From NCBI GenBank assembly GCA_965644495.1, contig CBFFSA010000001.1, positions 3,596,001 through 3,660,000 of the forward strand: DNA of 64,000 nt, read 5' to 3'. A model generated the notes under the pieces. The model was not told the DNA's origin. It did not search any database and saw nothing but the letters and a program-made list of their open reading frames with translations. The DNA comes from Perkinsela sp. CCAP 1560/9. Its lineage: Eukaryota > Protista > Euglenozoa: Kinetoplastea. This document shows, in pieces, positions 31,874 to 42,998 of the stretch. Made by a program: the position numbers and the translations under genes. The stretch's first letter is position 1. Each line of letters begins with the position of its first letter.

Positions 31874-33247
31874 ATGGGTCAGGGAGAACGCCGTGCCGCC
31901 ATTCTGCGTCGCAGAACTGTCGATGAGCAAATTAAATACTGTATTTTGATTGAAGGAGCTTCGATTTTGCGTAAAGAAATTCAGCACAATCCAGAGTCGC
32001 AGAGAATACTTCACTGGTCTTCATGTCTTCCTTCTTCCTATCGTGAACGGATGAACGTTTCGCATGCTTTGGGTGATGGGCAAAAGGCCTCGTTCGACGA
32101 GCATGAAACCGACAAACAAACCATTGCCCCAGAGGACGGAAGTGTATCTGAATCAGATACTACGGAAGCACAAATCAAGGGTAGTTCCGAATTAGCTTTA
32201 CAGGTGGGAAATAAAAATGTCAGTATTGAAGTAGAAAATCCAGAATTTGTTACAAATCTTTCAAAGGTGTCCAACAAAACGTTTCCATCAAAGGAAGGGA
32301 TTGAAACGCCCGGAGCAGAAATTTTAACTGAGATTTCATATTATGAATCACGAAAAAATATTCCGGAAACCGGAATAGACAGTGATGCCAATCCGAATTG
32401 TGATTCACATGCTAGGAACAAAGACTCTCCACAGAAAAAAGTGTCCAACCGCACCACAGAGCCTTCGCAGGAACTGTCACCCAGTGAGTCACTATCTCGG
32501 TGCACCTCCGAGGCGGTCCGGTTTATTATTGGGGAAAATTTTTCGAAAGCGGTGGCCCGGGGCCTTACGCACCTACAGAAGGATGTAATGGCGTTCTACT
32601 GCGTACTACTCGGAATTACTGATAAATTGCCTAAAGCAGGAAAGAATATTTTGCTTTGCATGCTTACTAATTTTTTTTACACTTCCCTTTTCGATCGCTA
32701 TATTGGACCACATAAACGGGAGCAACCTTCTCCCCCGCGGGCCACTGCAGTATCATCGGAACTGCCACGGAAATCGAAGCGCATCAAAGACAAAGCCTTT
32801 TTGGTGCAAAAAGAGGTCGCATCAGATACAAGAACTGAAGGTGTGGAGGCAATTGTAAAACCGCGCAAAGCAAAATCCCAAGAAACAAAATATGATTATC
32901 ATCTCCGGGACGAAGAAACTTTTTCTAGATCCTCTTTGACCAACAGCACTGCAGTTAATTTATCTAACACCCCCTTTCCTACGCATGTCGCCAATCATGA
33001 TATCACTTCGCAGCATGAGCTTTCTGATCATGAACCTTCGGGTGGGCTTCTTCAAAAGTATGCTCCTTACTTTTATGAAGCATTCGAGAAGTCCCCCATT
33101 CTTCCCCTTGCTTCAGTGCGGGAATGTGTTGCGTTACGCCTTGGTGCAGGCCCCCCTATCACTGAGTTACGATCAGTCGCGCAGCAGCTGCATGACTTGC
33201 AACAAATCGCGTATTGTGTTAGCGATGACATTATGTATGTAATCTAA
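31874..33247 (+). CDS. Hypothetical protein
   Basis: 457-aa + strand ORF with no motif I recognise. Confidence 0.6.
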   Translation: MGQGERRAAILRRRTVDEQIKYCILIEGASILRKEIQHNPESQRILHWSSCLPSSYRERMNVSHALGDGQKASFDEHETDKQTIAPEDGSVSESDTTEAQIKGSSELALQVGNKNVSIEVENPEFVTNLSKVSNKTFPSKEGIETPGAEILTEISYYESRKNIPETGIDSDANPNCDSHARNKDSPQKKVSNRTTEPSQELSPSESLSRCTSEAVRFIIGENFSKAVARGLTHLQKDVMAFYCVLLGITDKLPKAGKNILLCMLTNFFYTSLFDRYIGPHKREQPSPPRATAVSSELPRKSKRIKDKAFLVQKEVASDTRTEGVEAIVKPRKAKSQETKYDYHLRDEETFSRSSLTNSTAVNLSNTPFPTHVANHDITSQHELSDHEPSGGLLQKYAPYFYEAFEKSPILPLASVRECVALRLGAGPPITELRSVAQQLHDLQQIAYCVSDDIMYVI

Positions 33248-33634
33248 CGAATCAATGGAAATTATCATTGGTGCAATGGACGTGGTACACGCAACGCAAA
33301 ACTTCGAGAAAAGATTTGAGCGGTGTCGTATACTAGAATTAAATCCGGATGTCAATGCTATCTCTAGAACTGCGAATTTTTTTCGGACATAACACGTAGA
33401 AGTAGACTCGTTGAAACCATGATATCTTCATCTATCACCTCTATTTTAGAATCTATTCTTGGAATACATTCTATTCTTCTAGTGTCTCTTCTTCGAATAT
33501 ATTAGGATAGAATTTCTAACCTACCTGTATGTATCTGCATATTTCATAATCTATTAAACATTGCTCGAAAATCTCCTCCCTAGTCGACCTGAATTTACTT
33601 TTTCCCTCACCCCACCCTCCTACCCCGGACAGTG

Positions 33635-35338
33635 ATGCTCCCCAGTACCCTTCACCGGTGCGCACTCAAAACTTCCCGACACCGTCTTGCCGTCATGGCC
33701 CCTTCCCCCGAGCTCGGCATTACCATCCCCTCCCACGACACCGTTCCACTTCCCACCTCGCCGCTCCCTCCACTTACCCCCACCGGGGTCTTTCCCAAAG
33801 GTCAGTCACTACCCTCTGTAGGAGAGCGTCACACCGAGGCCCTGGGTCCACACCTCCTTCCCTTCACCACGGAACTCACCAAACGCCCCCCGTTGTCCTC
33901 TCCCTCCTCCCCAACGAGTCCCCTTCCCTCAACCACAACCCGTACCACAACTCCCAGTGTCGCCCCCTCTGTCGTAAACACCATCTTAAATCCTGCTGTC
34001 GTAAACACAACCCCCAATCCCCCTGTCCTCAGCACAACACCCCATTCATCGGTACTCACGACAGCATCGAACTCCGCTGTTCCTTCCTCCCCCTCCCCCC
34101 TTTACGACCTCGCGACCGGACTTCCCTTCTCCCCTGTACTACGCGACGCCCTTCACGAGAAATCCAGCGACTTCTCGTCTTCCTCTTCCTCTTCTTCCTC
34201 TTCTCTCTCCTCTCCCTACTGGGTCACCGACACCCACCTCGCGGCCTCCGGTGTCGAGCTGCTCCCCCAGTTCCGAGGCAAAGGGTTCGACACCCGTCGC
34301 CTGGGAAGACACCCCCCCGGTCCACAACACCGGTCCAGCCCCCCCGAGCGTCGGTTCGCGCAGGGCCACGATCTCGAGCTCACCCCCACGGAGCAAGCCA
34401 TGGTCGACGCCGGGGCGATGCTCTACCACCTCTCCCAAACCCGTGAGGGGGCCACGCTGGAGGGGCTCCGCGGGCGGCTGGTCCCGACCGACGCGCTCAC
34501 CGCGGCGCCGTTGCCCGCTCCCACCTCGAATGTGCTACGGGAGGCGGTGGGGGGCTACCCCACCAGTCAGTGGGTCCGGGAGGAGTTCCTGTGCCTCGGG
34601 CTGCGGCCGGCCCCGGAGGCCCGGGCGATTTGTATCACGGTGGAGGAGACGTATGAGGATGAGGATGAGGCGGGGGGTGGTGGGGGGTCTACGGATTACC
34701 TCCACCGCCTGGGGTTCTCGCGTCGTCCCGTGGCGAGTTACTCGGAGACGTATTACAACCTCGCGGATCTCGTGGTGTCGTCTGAGTTGCTGACGAGGCT
34801 GCGGGAGTGTTACCCGAGGAGTGCGAGTACGCGGAAGTGTTACCGGCCAACGGTGGCGGTGCCATTGCTGAAGGTGGCGCTACGACACTCGCTTACCTCT
34901 CCGTTTTGGGTTACCATGAAAGGGGCATTGTATGCCGGGTCACGTGTCGTGGATGACTCCCTGGGGGTACGCCCCATGGCGAGAAGTGAGGCCGTGCTGC
35001 ACAACACGGAGTGCTGTGCGCAGTCGGAAGATTTTTTGGAACGACTGCAAAGTGGGGTACCTCGAGCGATGTCTGGGTATAACGGAAAGCCGTTCTCCGA
35101 GGAGTCACAGTCGGCGCTGCGGGAGGCCAAGGGGGTCCGAGGGTTCAATAGCGTGTATTGGATGACCCGGAAACAGGCACGGGAGCTGGGGTCGGGGATT
35201 CGCCCTGGTTCCGTGTCGGTGACAGTGCCCATGTCAGGTGGAACTCGGGAATTTTATAACGTGGACCAAACGGAGTCACCCACCCGGATTATGGATCGTT
35301 TGCAGTTTTTGGGTCTCCTGCAGCCAGTGGGCGTATGA
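33635..35338 (+). CDS. Tc38/RBP38-family (ArdC-N-like) kinetoplast nucleic-acid-binding protein with P/S/T-rich extension
   Basis: Repeated modules such as SGYNGKPF...RGFNSVYWMTRKQARELG...FYNVDQT. ATG 33635 follows a pyrimidine tract and AG. Confidence 0.8.
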   Translation: MLPSTLHRCALKTSRHRLAVMAPSPELGITIPSHDTVPLPTSPLPPLTPTGVFPKGQSLPSVGERHTEALGPHLLPFTTELTKRPPLSSPSSPTSPLPSTTTRTTTPSVAPSVVNTILNPAVVNTTPNPPVLSTTPHSSVLTTASNSAVPSSPSPLYDLATGLPFSPVLRDALHEKSSDFSSSSSSSSSSLSSPYWVTDTHLAASGVELLPQFRGKGFDTRRLGRHPPGPQHRSSPPERRFAQGHDLELTPTEQAMVDAGAMLYHLSQTREGATLEGLRGRLVPTDALTAAPLPAPTSNVLREAVGGYPTSQWVREEFLCLGLRPAPEARAICITVEETYEDEDEAGGGGGSTDYLHRLGFSRRPVASYSETYYNLADLVVSSELLTRLRECYPRSASTRKCYRPTVAVPLLKVALRHSLTSPFWVTMKGALYAGSRVVDDSLGVRPMARSEAVLHNTECCAQSEDFLERLQSGVPRAMSGYNGKPFSEESQSALREAKGVRGFNSVYWMTRKQARELGSGIRPGSVSVTVPMSGGTREFYNVDQTESPTRIMDRLQFLGLLQPVGV

Positions 35339-35825
35339 ACAACATTCACGCATGGTTTGTGTTTGAGAATGTCTGTTTCTGTTTTTTTCTAAATCATTAA
35401 TTGTGTTGTAGAGTAAAATCACGAAGTAGATCAGAAGTCGGTGTGTAAGTTAATAGGCCTTTTGGTGGGATATTTTTTTACTAAATGCTACTCTGATTTA
35501 GAAATGTTTGATTTTTTATCTAGCCCTTAGTACACTAGAACCCCTTTTCTCTTATCATGCGTTGTAGATGCGATTCACTTTACTATGAGATACTCAGAAA
35601 AGGAACTCTTAAATATGTATCATATTTCGTAATCACATTGACAAACTTTGTATAAATTCGTAACGATAAGAATCGGGCGGCTTTTATCTTTGTGTCACGG
35701 TTTGCACATCATTTTTCTTTTGTTGGTCAACGGCAAAGCTTTTGTATTTTCATATTTTTGCTCAAAGATTAAGCCGAATCTTACAGGAGATATTCTTTTT
35801 ATCTTTCCGTGTTTTTTGCTACCTG

Positions 35826-37223
35826 ATGATTCGACTTTCGTCTAAATGGTTCAAGTCTAGCAAAATTTTTGTTCCGTCTTCCGCTACCTCAACGGGATCC
35901 AAGACCGCTCCCTCCGCCGCTCCTCGTGCTTTAAGTGCTGCCACTGGAAAACCGTATCCCTCCGGCCTGGCCCAAACCCTAAACATTCGCGCATTTCGCT
36001 CCAACCTATGGCTCACGGAAGCCCAAATGGCATTGTGTGGTGTCACGCTACGTGAGGATCAGCGTGGCAAAGGGGTCGTCGTCCCTCGCCGTCCTCGATC
36101 CTACACGCTCTACAACGCCTCACAAACCACTGACTTTGACAAAGTCCGCGCCATGCAGGGAAAGCTTAATGTCACCAACGCCTTGACCGGGAACGCAATC
36201 GCCGCCACGGCCGCCGCAAAACTCACCGCCTCCCTCGGGAACTTCCCCACCAACCAGTGGGTCACACGACACCAAATCCACGCCCTCTCCTTAAAACTAC
36301 TCCCCGGCGCCACCCCTGTAGTCATCACACACATCACTCTAAAAAAACGTCCCCCACGAAAACGACCCTTGGCCATTACACACCCCTCCTCCTCCTCCTC
36401 CTCCCCCTCTTCTCCCCCCACCTCATCCACCAAACGTGCCACAACTCTCACAACGGCTCATCTCTCACCTTCTTCGACTTCTACAGCTTCCCCTACATCT
36501 CGCTCGTCTTCTTCGTCTTCACCCTCCCCTTCCCCCACGACCGCTTCTTCTACTGCTACTGTCACTACCACCACTACGACTACTACTACTCACTACTACA
36601 ACCTGGCTTCTCTCGCCCACCCCTCCACCCTCTCCCTCGCCCACACCCTCTACCCCCGCTCCGCCCTCTCCCGCAGGCCCTACCACCGCGGCGTCGCCTA
36701 CCCCTTACTCCGGGTCGCCCTCGAGCGCGGGTTCCGCTCCCCGTACTGGCTCAGCCGCGACACCGCCGCACGCCGGCGGGTCGGGCTGCGGGAGGGGGCG
36801 ACCGGGGCCGCGGTGTGCTTCTACCGGAAGCGAAAGCTGGTGCTGTACAACGCCGAGGAGACGACGGCCCCGGGGAGGGTGGTGCCGCGGGGGGGGACGG
36901 GACGAACGGCCCCCCGGGGGGGTCGGTGGGGTCCCGGGGGGTTGACGTTGCTTCCGAGGTCGGCGATTTCGGGGGGGCAGTACCCGGAGCCGACGCGGTC
37001 GGAGTTGTTGGAGGTGGCGCAGCAGAGAGGGTACCGTTCGCCGTTGTGGATGACACGGCGGCAGGCGGCGCATTTGAATGCGGAGGTGCGAAGCGGGGAG
37101 GAGCCGACGGCGGTGCATTTTTATAAAGGGTCGCTGGAGTTGTTTAACGCGGAGCAAACGAAGAATCGGTACTTTTTTGCGAATCGACTGAAAAAATTTA
37201 GACACGTGCGAAAGAAGGGGTAA
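35826..37223 (+). CDS. Tc38/RBP38-family protein
   Basis: Four modules (SAxTGxxY...WLT..Q...YNA.QT) and an MIRLSSKW targeting-like N-terminus at 35826. Confidence 0.85.
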   Translation: MIRLSSKWFKSSKIFVPSSATSTGSKTAPSAAPRALSAATGKPYPSGLAQTLNIRAFRSNLWLTEAQMALCGVTLREDQRGKGVVVPRRPRSYTLYNASQTTDFDKVRAMQGKLNVTNALTGNAIAATAAAKLTASLGNFPTNQWVTRHQIHALSLKLLPGATPVVITHITLKKRPPRKRPLAITHPSSSSSSPSSPPTSSTKRATTLTTAHLSPSSTSTASPTSRSSSSSSPSPSPTTASSTATVTTTTTTTTTHYYNLASLAHPSTLSLAHTLYPRSALSRRPYHRGVAYPLLRVALERGFRSPYWLSRDTAARRRVGLREGATGAAVCFYRKRKLVLYNAEETTAPGRVVPRGGTGRTAPRGGRWGPGGLTLLPRSAISGGQYPEPTRSELLEVAQQRGYRSPLWMTRRQAAHLNAEVRSGEEPTAVHFYKGSLELFNAEQTKNRYFFANRLKKFRHVRKKG

Positions 37224-37942
37224 GGAGATGAATAAATAGAGGAAACGCTAGCTCGTAAAAAAGGTAATCTCCTTTTTTGGGGGGGCATGTCAGGCGTCCT
37301 TTTTGCGGTATCTTGTCTTGAATGTAAGTTTCGGTGCATTATGGTGCATGCAGTGCGTATCATACACTGCAATGTACACTGCAACGGTGTAACTGCAAAC
37401 TAATTGTTATTCACTCGGTAGGAGTAAACCTCTATACTAGAGGGAGGGCGTGGTACTTCACATCCCGTGGCCCACGATTCGCTGGTTTTATAGAGATGAA
37501 AACGACATGACCTCTTTCGTTATGACGATGTAACACTTTCAAGAGCATTTTTCGATCTTCGACAATGGCATGTACGGCTGTCGCACCGTTCTGGGCATCC
37601 AACTTATTCGGCTTCAATCACCTCGTACACACACATTGTACATTTTACCATTTACCATGACAATTACATCTCCGATTGAAACAACTTTAATTGTTTCTCA
37701 GTTCGAATTGTATAGATTTAGTATCTCCACCTAGCAAAATTATCTATTTCACAAATTCAGATAATATTTTCACATCCAGCAAACAAAACAAACCACAAAG
37801 AAATCCTTTTTTCCACACTACCACCCATCCACCCCCAGCCATGCTCCGTTCGGCCGTCCCCACACGGTGAACCTGACCCCACAACACCCAAAACCACCCA
37901 CCCCAACCCAAAAACACACCCTTCCCCCCTTTTCTCCTCTCC

Positions 37943-39073
37943 ATGTTCCGTCTCTTCCTCCCCTCCCGCACGCCCTTCTCCCCCCGCTCTCTCGCCTACA
38001 GCGCCGCCACCGGTGCCCCCTACCCCGCCGCCACCGCCGCCGAGCTCGCGGCCAAGGGCTACCGCTCCAACCTGTGGCTTACCCGAACCCACGCCGCGTT
38101 GGCTGGGGTTGCGCTCCTCACCGAGGAGATCCCCAACGGCCACCCCCTCCCCCTCTCCCGGGGACTCGTCACGTTATACAATGCCGACCAGACCACCGAC
38201 CCGGGCCGTATTAACGCGTTAAAGGGCCAGCTGTTCCCGACACACGCCCTCACGGGGCTACGACTCGGTCCACAGGCCTCGGCAGCGATTGCCGCCTCCG
38301 CGCGTGTGATCAGCGGGGACGCACGCACCTGTAATGAGTGGGTCACGGCACGAGAGTGTGAGATACTCGGGTGGGGACGACGCGGGGGTTCGAAGGAGAG
38401 GGCGGGGAAAGGGGTCTCGGTGGAGGTGGTGGTGGAGCAAACATCGACGGACCCGGACGGGCTGCCGAATGTCACCGAGGTGAGGAAGGTGGTGGAATAC
38501 GTGAATTTGACGGAGCTGGAGAGCCCGTGGAGGGTGCGGACGGCGAGGGAGATGTACCCGATGGCGGTGTCCACGGGGCATAAGTACTCGATTGAGCCCG
38601 CGCTGGTGTTGTTGAAGGCGGCGGTCAGGTATGGGTACTCCTCGTGTTACTGGCTCACGTCGGAGGGGTGTAAAGACCTTGGGATTCAGGTGCGTACTCC
38701 CGAACAAGGGGTTCACCTGCTCCTTCCTCGGCGGAACTCCGAGGTGGTGTTGTATAATGCGGACAATACGTTGGGGAGAGCCAACATCGTAAAGGCGGCG
38801 TACCGCGCCCGGTTAAAACCACGCTCCGCCAAAACAGGCTTGTTGTTTCCCCCGGAAACGGGATCCCAGTTAGAGAAACACCGGGAAGAGCGTGGGTTTG
38901 GCAGTCCATACTGGTTAACTTACCCCCAAGCCTTCGTGATCGGGGTGAAAATACTCTCTAACGAACGCCCGAAGACAATTATGATGTCTGGTAAAGTGAC
39001 TAACTTGTTTAACGCGGATCAAACGGATAATCCCCGAAAAGTTTGCCTCTATGCCGAGGATGGAAGGTGGTGA
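37943..39073 (+). CDS. Tc38/RBP38-family protein
   Basis: MFRLFL N-terminus and four modules, e.g. RGFGSPYWLTYPQA...LFNADQT. Confidence 0.87.
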   Translation: MFRLFLPSRTPFSPRSLAYSAATGAPYPAATAAELAAKGYRSNLWLTRTHAALAGVALLTEEIPNGHPLPLSRGLVTLYNADQTTDPGRINALKGQLFPTHALTGLRLGPQASAAIAASARVISGDARTCNEWVTARECEILGWGRRGGSKERAGKGVSVEVVVEQTSTDPDGLPNVTEVRKVVEYVNLTELESPWRVRTAREMYPMAVSTGHKYSIEPALVLLKAAVRYGYSSCYWLTSEGCKDLGIQVRTPEQGVHLLLPRRNSEVVLYNADNTLGRANIVKAAYRARLKPRSAKTGLLFPPETGSQLEKHREERGFGSPYWLTYPQAFVIGVKILSNERPKTIMMSGKVTNLFNADQTDNPRKVCLYAEDGRW

Positions 39074-39519
39074 ATTACACATTTTAGAGCAAGCTCACGC
39101 GTCTCGTAACGTTCTTCAGGTACGTACCTAGACAGTTTGGACTCGTCTTCTTTGCTTAACCAACTCAAATTATTGTGTTGCCCCCACTAAAACAAACTTG
39201 CAGATTTTTGTAAAACTGATTAGATATTAAAGATACGGTACGCAAAATCGTGTTGTAAAGTACATAGCCTACATAAAGTACATCTACGAATTTCTCGGTG
39301 TTCCGTTAGACTTAAACGTGAAGGCTTGGCGTACACACAGCTTTCTACAATAATCCACATTAGAATAGAATTTTTTACGGAACAACGACTTACAGTAGTA
39401 CCATTACAGCTTTTTCTCTTTTTTTATCGTGTTGGACAACTATAATTTTCAATAATCAAAGTCGTATACAAATCATTGACAAAACTCTTATTGGCTTTCC
39501 TTACATCCTACACTTTATA

Positions 39520-40644
39520 ATGTTGTTTCGGAACCTCTCTTTCTTTGCGAAACAAGTCGCCTCAAAGAAACCCAATTCCACTCTCCCCGCTGCTTCCGCA
39601 GTTTCCGCGCTCACCGGCGCGCCTTATCCCAAAAGCAAAACCACCGAACTCGTCGCCCGTGGGTTCACCTCCCCCGTATGGCTAACAGAGAAACAGATGG
39701 AGACCATCGGGGTGGGGCTGAAGCCCGGGGCCCAGGGAAAAGGTCAAAAGCTCTCCTTCTCGGCCGGAACCTCCTGCACACTCTACAACGCGACCCAGAC
39801 TACGGACCCTGCGCTGATCGAGTCTTTGATGGGTCGCTTGCACCCGACGAATGCGATTACCGGATATGACATTGGTCGTGAGGCCGCGCCTTTGCTGCTG
39901 AAGCGTCTCGGGAACTTTCCTACAAACGAGTGGGTGACGGAAAAACAAGTCTCGGGTCTCGGATTGAAATTAAAACCTAAGGCAAGGGGTGTGGAGATTG
40001 AGCTCGCGTTTTCTTCCCCTTCCGCAGACCCTATAAAGGACGAGGGGCTACTCCTGGATCGTGGGGTGACGGTGACGTATTACAACGTGGGAGATCTCGA
40101 GAACCCGGAGGTGGTCAAACGTGCGAAACGACTGTCCCCGATTTCTGCCTCCACAGGGCGTAAGTATGCGAAGGAGATTGCCGTTCAACTGCTACGTGAG
40201 GCACTGCAGAAAAGGTACGAATCTCCGTTTTGGTTGACTCAGAATGCGTGTCGAGTTTTGGGACTGACGTTAAAGCCACAGAGCGAGGGGGTGCCGGTCT
40301 CGGTTGCGTCCTCGTCCAAACAGATTGTGCTGTTCAATGCGGACTGCACTAATAACCCCTCCAAGGTGGCTTCAGAGTCGTACAAGGCACAGTTCCAACC
40401 ACGCTCTGCGGTATCTGGGGCATTGTATCCCGAGCCCACGAGCTCGGAGCTCTCATCGTTCGCGCTGAAAAACAAGTTCCGTAGCCTTTACTGGCTGACG
40501 TACAAACAGGCGAGCTTCCTAGGGGTGGACATAGTGCCAGGACAGAAACCGGCAGAGGTGTTTTTAGGCTCCGTTTACGTTAAGGTGTACAACGCCGACC
40601 AGACCACGAACAAGAAGAAGGTAGAGGAGCACGCGACCAAGTGA
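39520..40644 (+). CDS. Tc38/RBP38-family protein
   Basis: MLFRNL N-terminus and four modules, e.g. FRSLYWLTYKQASFLG...VYNADQT. Confidence 0.87.
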   Translation: MLFRNLSFFAKQVASKKPNSTLPAASAVSALTGAPYPKSKTTELVARGFTSPVWLTEKQMETIGVGLKPGAQGKGQKLSFSAGTSCTLYNATQTTDPALIESLMGRLHPTNAITGYDIGREAAPLLLKRLGNFPTNEWVTEKQVSGLGLKLKPKARGVEIELAFSSPSADPIKDEGLLLDRGVTVTYYNVGDLENPEVVKRAKRLSPISASTGRKYAKEIAVQLLREALQKRYESPFWLTQNACRVLGLTLKPQSEGVPVSVASSSKQIVLFNADCTNNPSKVASESYKAQFQPRSAVSGALYPEPTSSELSSFALKNKFRSLYWLTYKQASFLGVDIVPGQKPAEVFLGSVYVKVYNADQTTNKKKVEEHATK

Positions 40645-41233
40645 GCCGCGGGGTGCGAGGATCACCGGATGTCTGCATGGGAGCGTCTTGATGTGTCATG
40701 ATTCTCCTCTTTTTGGTAATTAGTTTGTTTAGATTATATTTTTTACGATATACTGAATGTGTGGTATCACACACACCTCGTCTTCTGAATCTTGGAAAAT
40801 GTTTAGAAATGTGTGTATTCCATAATAAAAATTGGCAATAGAGTACTTTCAGAGTAGAATAGTATGTAATTTTTGTGGCCTTCTTTTCTCTCGCACTATT
40901 TATATGATTTCTGGCTCCTTACACGATACCATTTTGAATACGTAAGGAATCACAATGGAGAACACAAGAGTAACGAAAGTTTTTTAATTCGCAACCCTTG
41001 TTTATCCTTCATTTACGAAATCTTTTTTTAGAGATTTTAGATGGTACTCTACTTATTAAACCCATGGCGGCGAATAAGACATAACCGAAAGAAGGATTTA
41101 CCGAAAAATAGGCCTTTGAAGGCTTCACACGTACCTCTCCATTTTTTCTCTCGAAGTTGTTAAGCACCTTTTTTCAACGCTATTTTTCATCCTCTTTTTT
41201 TCACTTTTTAGCCCTTTGAGTTTCGTTCCCGAC

Positions 41234-42007
41234 ATGTTTGATCAAACCCCTCCACAACCCCAATCACTACTTGTGAGCCGATTTCTTCTACCCCATCTTC
41301 ACGCTACCGATTCCACCCCCTCCCCTCCCACATCCCATCTCGGCAAATCCCGTCGGTTACTGCACCCACCGGAGGTTGATCTCCTCACCCTCACCCAGCA
41401 TACCCTGTGGCCGCATCACTCTTGGAACCGCGATGTCCAGGCGTGCATGTGGGCCGGTGTGATCTGCGACGTCTCCGGGGAGATCCCCACGGAGCTACGC
41501 TGGGCGGGTTTTCTGCTACATGGCAACCTTACCTGGGAAGCGCTCCCGCGTACAACACGCCGCGTAATACTCTCTAACAACATGCTGGGAGGGACGCTGG
41601 ACCTCACCGCATTGCATGACATCGTGGAATTCTTCTCTGTGTCGTATAACCGGTTGGGAGGAACGCTGGAGCTGCGCGAGTTGCCTCCAAATATTGCTAC
41701 TCTAAATGTAGCGCACAATCGATTCACCGGAGGGGTGGATCTGCGGATGCTTCCCAATACGCTCACCGGACTGTTTTTACAGGATAACTATTTGAGTGGT
41801 GTGGCACACATCCCAAGCGATCCGGACGCCCGGAAGAATAGAGATCCAAAAACGATAGACCTTACTTTGAACCCGAATTTAATCGTATTTCCCGACGTGG
41901 GAATTATCCGAGAAATACGGTACGATGGAAGTGCCGAGCCGTGGGAGTATTCCTTCCTGGTTCTTGGCGCTTTGGCCGCAGTTTTAGGTATTGATTTGAT
42001 TTTTTAA
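41234..42007 (+). CDS. LRR family protein with C-terminal hydrophobic anchor
   Basis: HSW...CMWAGVIC cap, LRRs and a terminal FLVLGALAAVLGIDLIF. Confidence 0.85.
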   Translation: MFDQTPPQPQSLLVSRFLLPHLHATDSTPSPPTSHLGKSRRLLHPPEVDLLTLTQHTLWPHHSWNRDVQACMWAGVICDVSGEIPTELRWAGFLLHGNLTWEALPRTTRRVILSNNMLGGTLDLTALHDIVEFFSVSYNRLGGTLELRELPPNIATLNVAHNRFTGGVDLRMLPNTLTGLFLQDNYLSGVAHIPSDPDARKNRDPKTIDLTLNPNLIVFPDVGIIREIRYDGSAEPWEYSFLVLGALAAVLGIDLIF

Positions 42008-42110
42008 TCAAACTGCTACAAAAGTTTGACGGGTTGAATATCCAAGTATCGTAATATCTGTTGAAGAAAATGCTTTTTCACTTCAGTAAGCTTTGAACTC
42101 ATTTTATGTA

Positions 42111-42401
42111 GTAAACCATGTTCCAGGATAGTATACCCATGCCCACTTAGTATGCCGACCCCCCCCTTCCCAGCAACAGGAGCGTGATACGTGCCTTTTT
42201 TAGAAGCGCCAGAGCATTTTTCTAGCAATCACACGGTATTAAATCGCATTTTAAGGTCAAGACACCATTTTTCTAGCAACTACAGATGAGAAACGCGCCG
42301 CGAAGCGGCGCGAAAATTTTTTTCTGCATTTTAGACAAAATTTAGTATACCGTACCCACTTAGTATACCTACTAGGTATACTATCCTGGAACATGGTTTA
42401 G
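42111..42401. mobile_element. TA-flanked MITE
   Basis: TIR GTAAACCATGTTCCAGGATAGTATACC and its reverse complement ending at 42401, with TA on both sides. A second partial copy lies at 19284-19505. Confidence 0.8.
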
Positions 42402-42440
42402 TACCAAACTGTGCCGTTTCTTCAGAACTTCAGAAGCTAC

Positions 42441-42731
42441 TACTCCCCCTGTCATTAATAATGATAATCTTAAAAAAGATATCGTTCTATGTGGTGAAGA
42501 CTCTTAAAAAATTATCAACTTATTTTCATGCACGCAAGATTTTCTTAAAAAAAAAGTTTTTTGAACTAAAAAACTACTGGTAAGGTTTCAAAACCGGCCC
42601 AAATTCGGGTTAAAATTTATCATTTTTGACCTGAAAATCGTGTTTTTTGGCGAAAACTATGTACTACCCCTGCCATTAATGATAATGATAATAATAATCT
42701 CAAAAATATTATCATTATCATTATTAATGAC
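42441..42731. repeat. Degenerate MITE with pogo-like terminus
   Basis: TACTCCCCCTGTCATTAATAATGATAAT at 42441, a similar copy at 42663 and the inverted ATTATCATTATTAATGAC at about 42714-42731. Confidence 0.55.
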
Positions 42732-42998
42732 TTTTTTTGCACTATTTTCGTTATTTTTCGGAATTTTTATTATACCTGTAGCTAGTTATTGTACCGGGGA
42801 GGTACATTAACACGGACGGGGGTTTACTTTGATTTATTAGTATTAAGTTATTAGTATAAGTTTCACACATGATTCTATGTTTTTTATAGGATCATCAACT
42901 TTTTTCTCGACGATACGCTCATAACATCTTTATAAGGCATTATTTTCTTATCATTGTATTAGTTTTTTTTTCTTGTGCTAACACGCTACATCGGTAGA

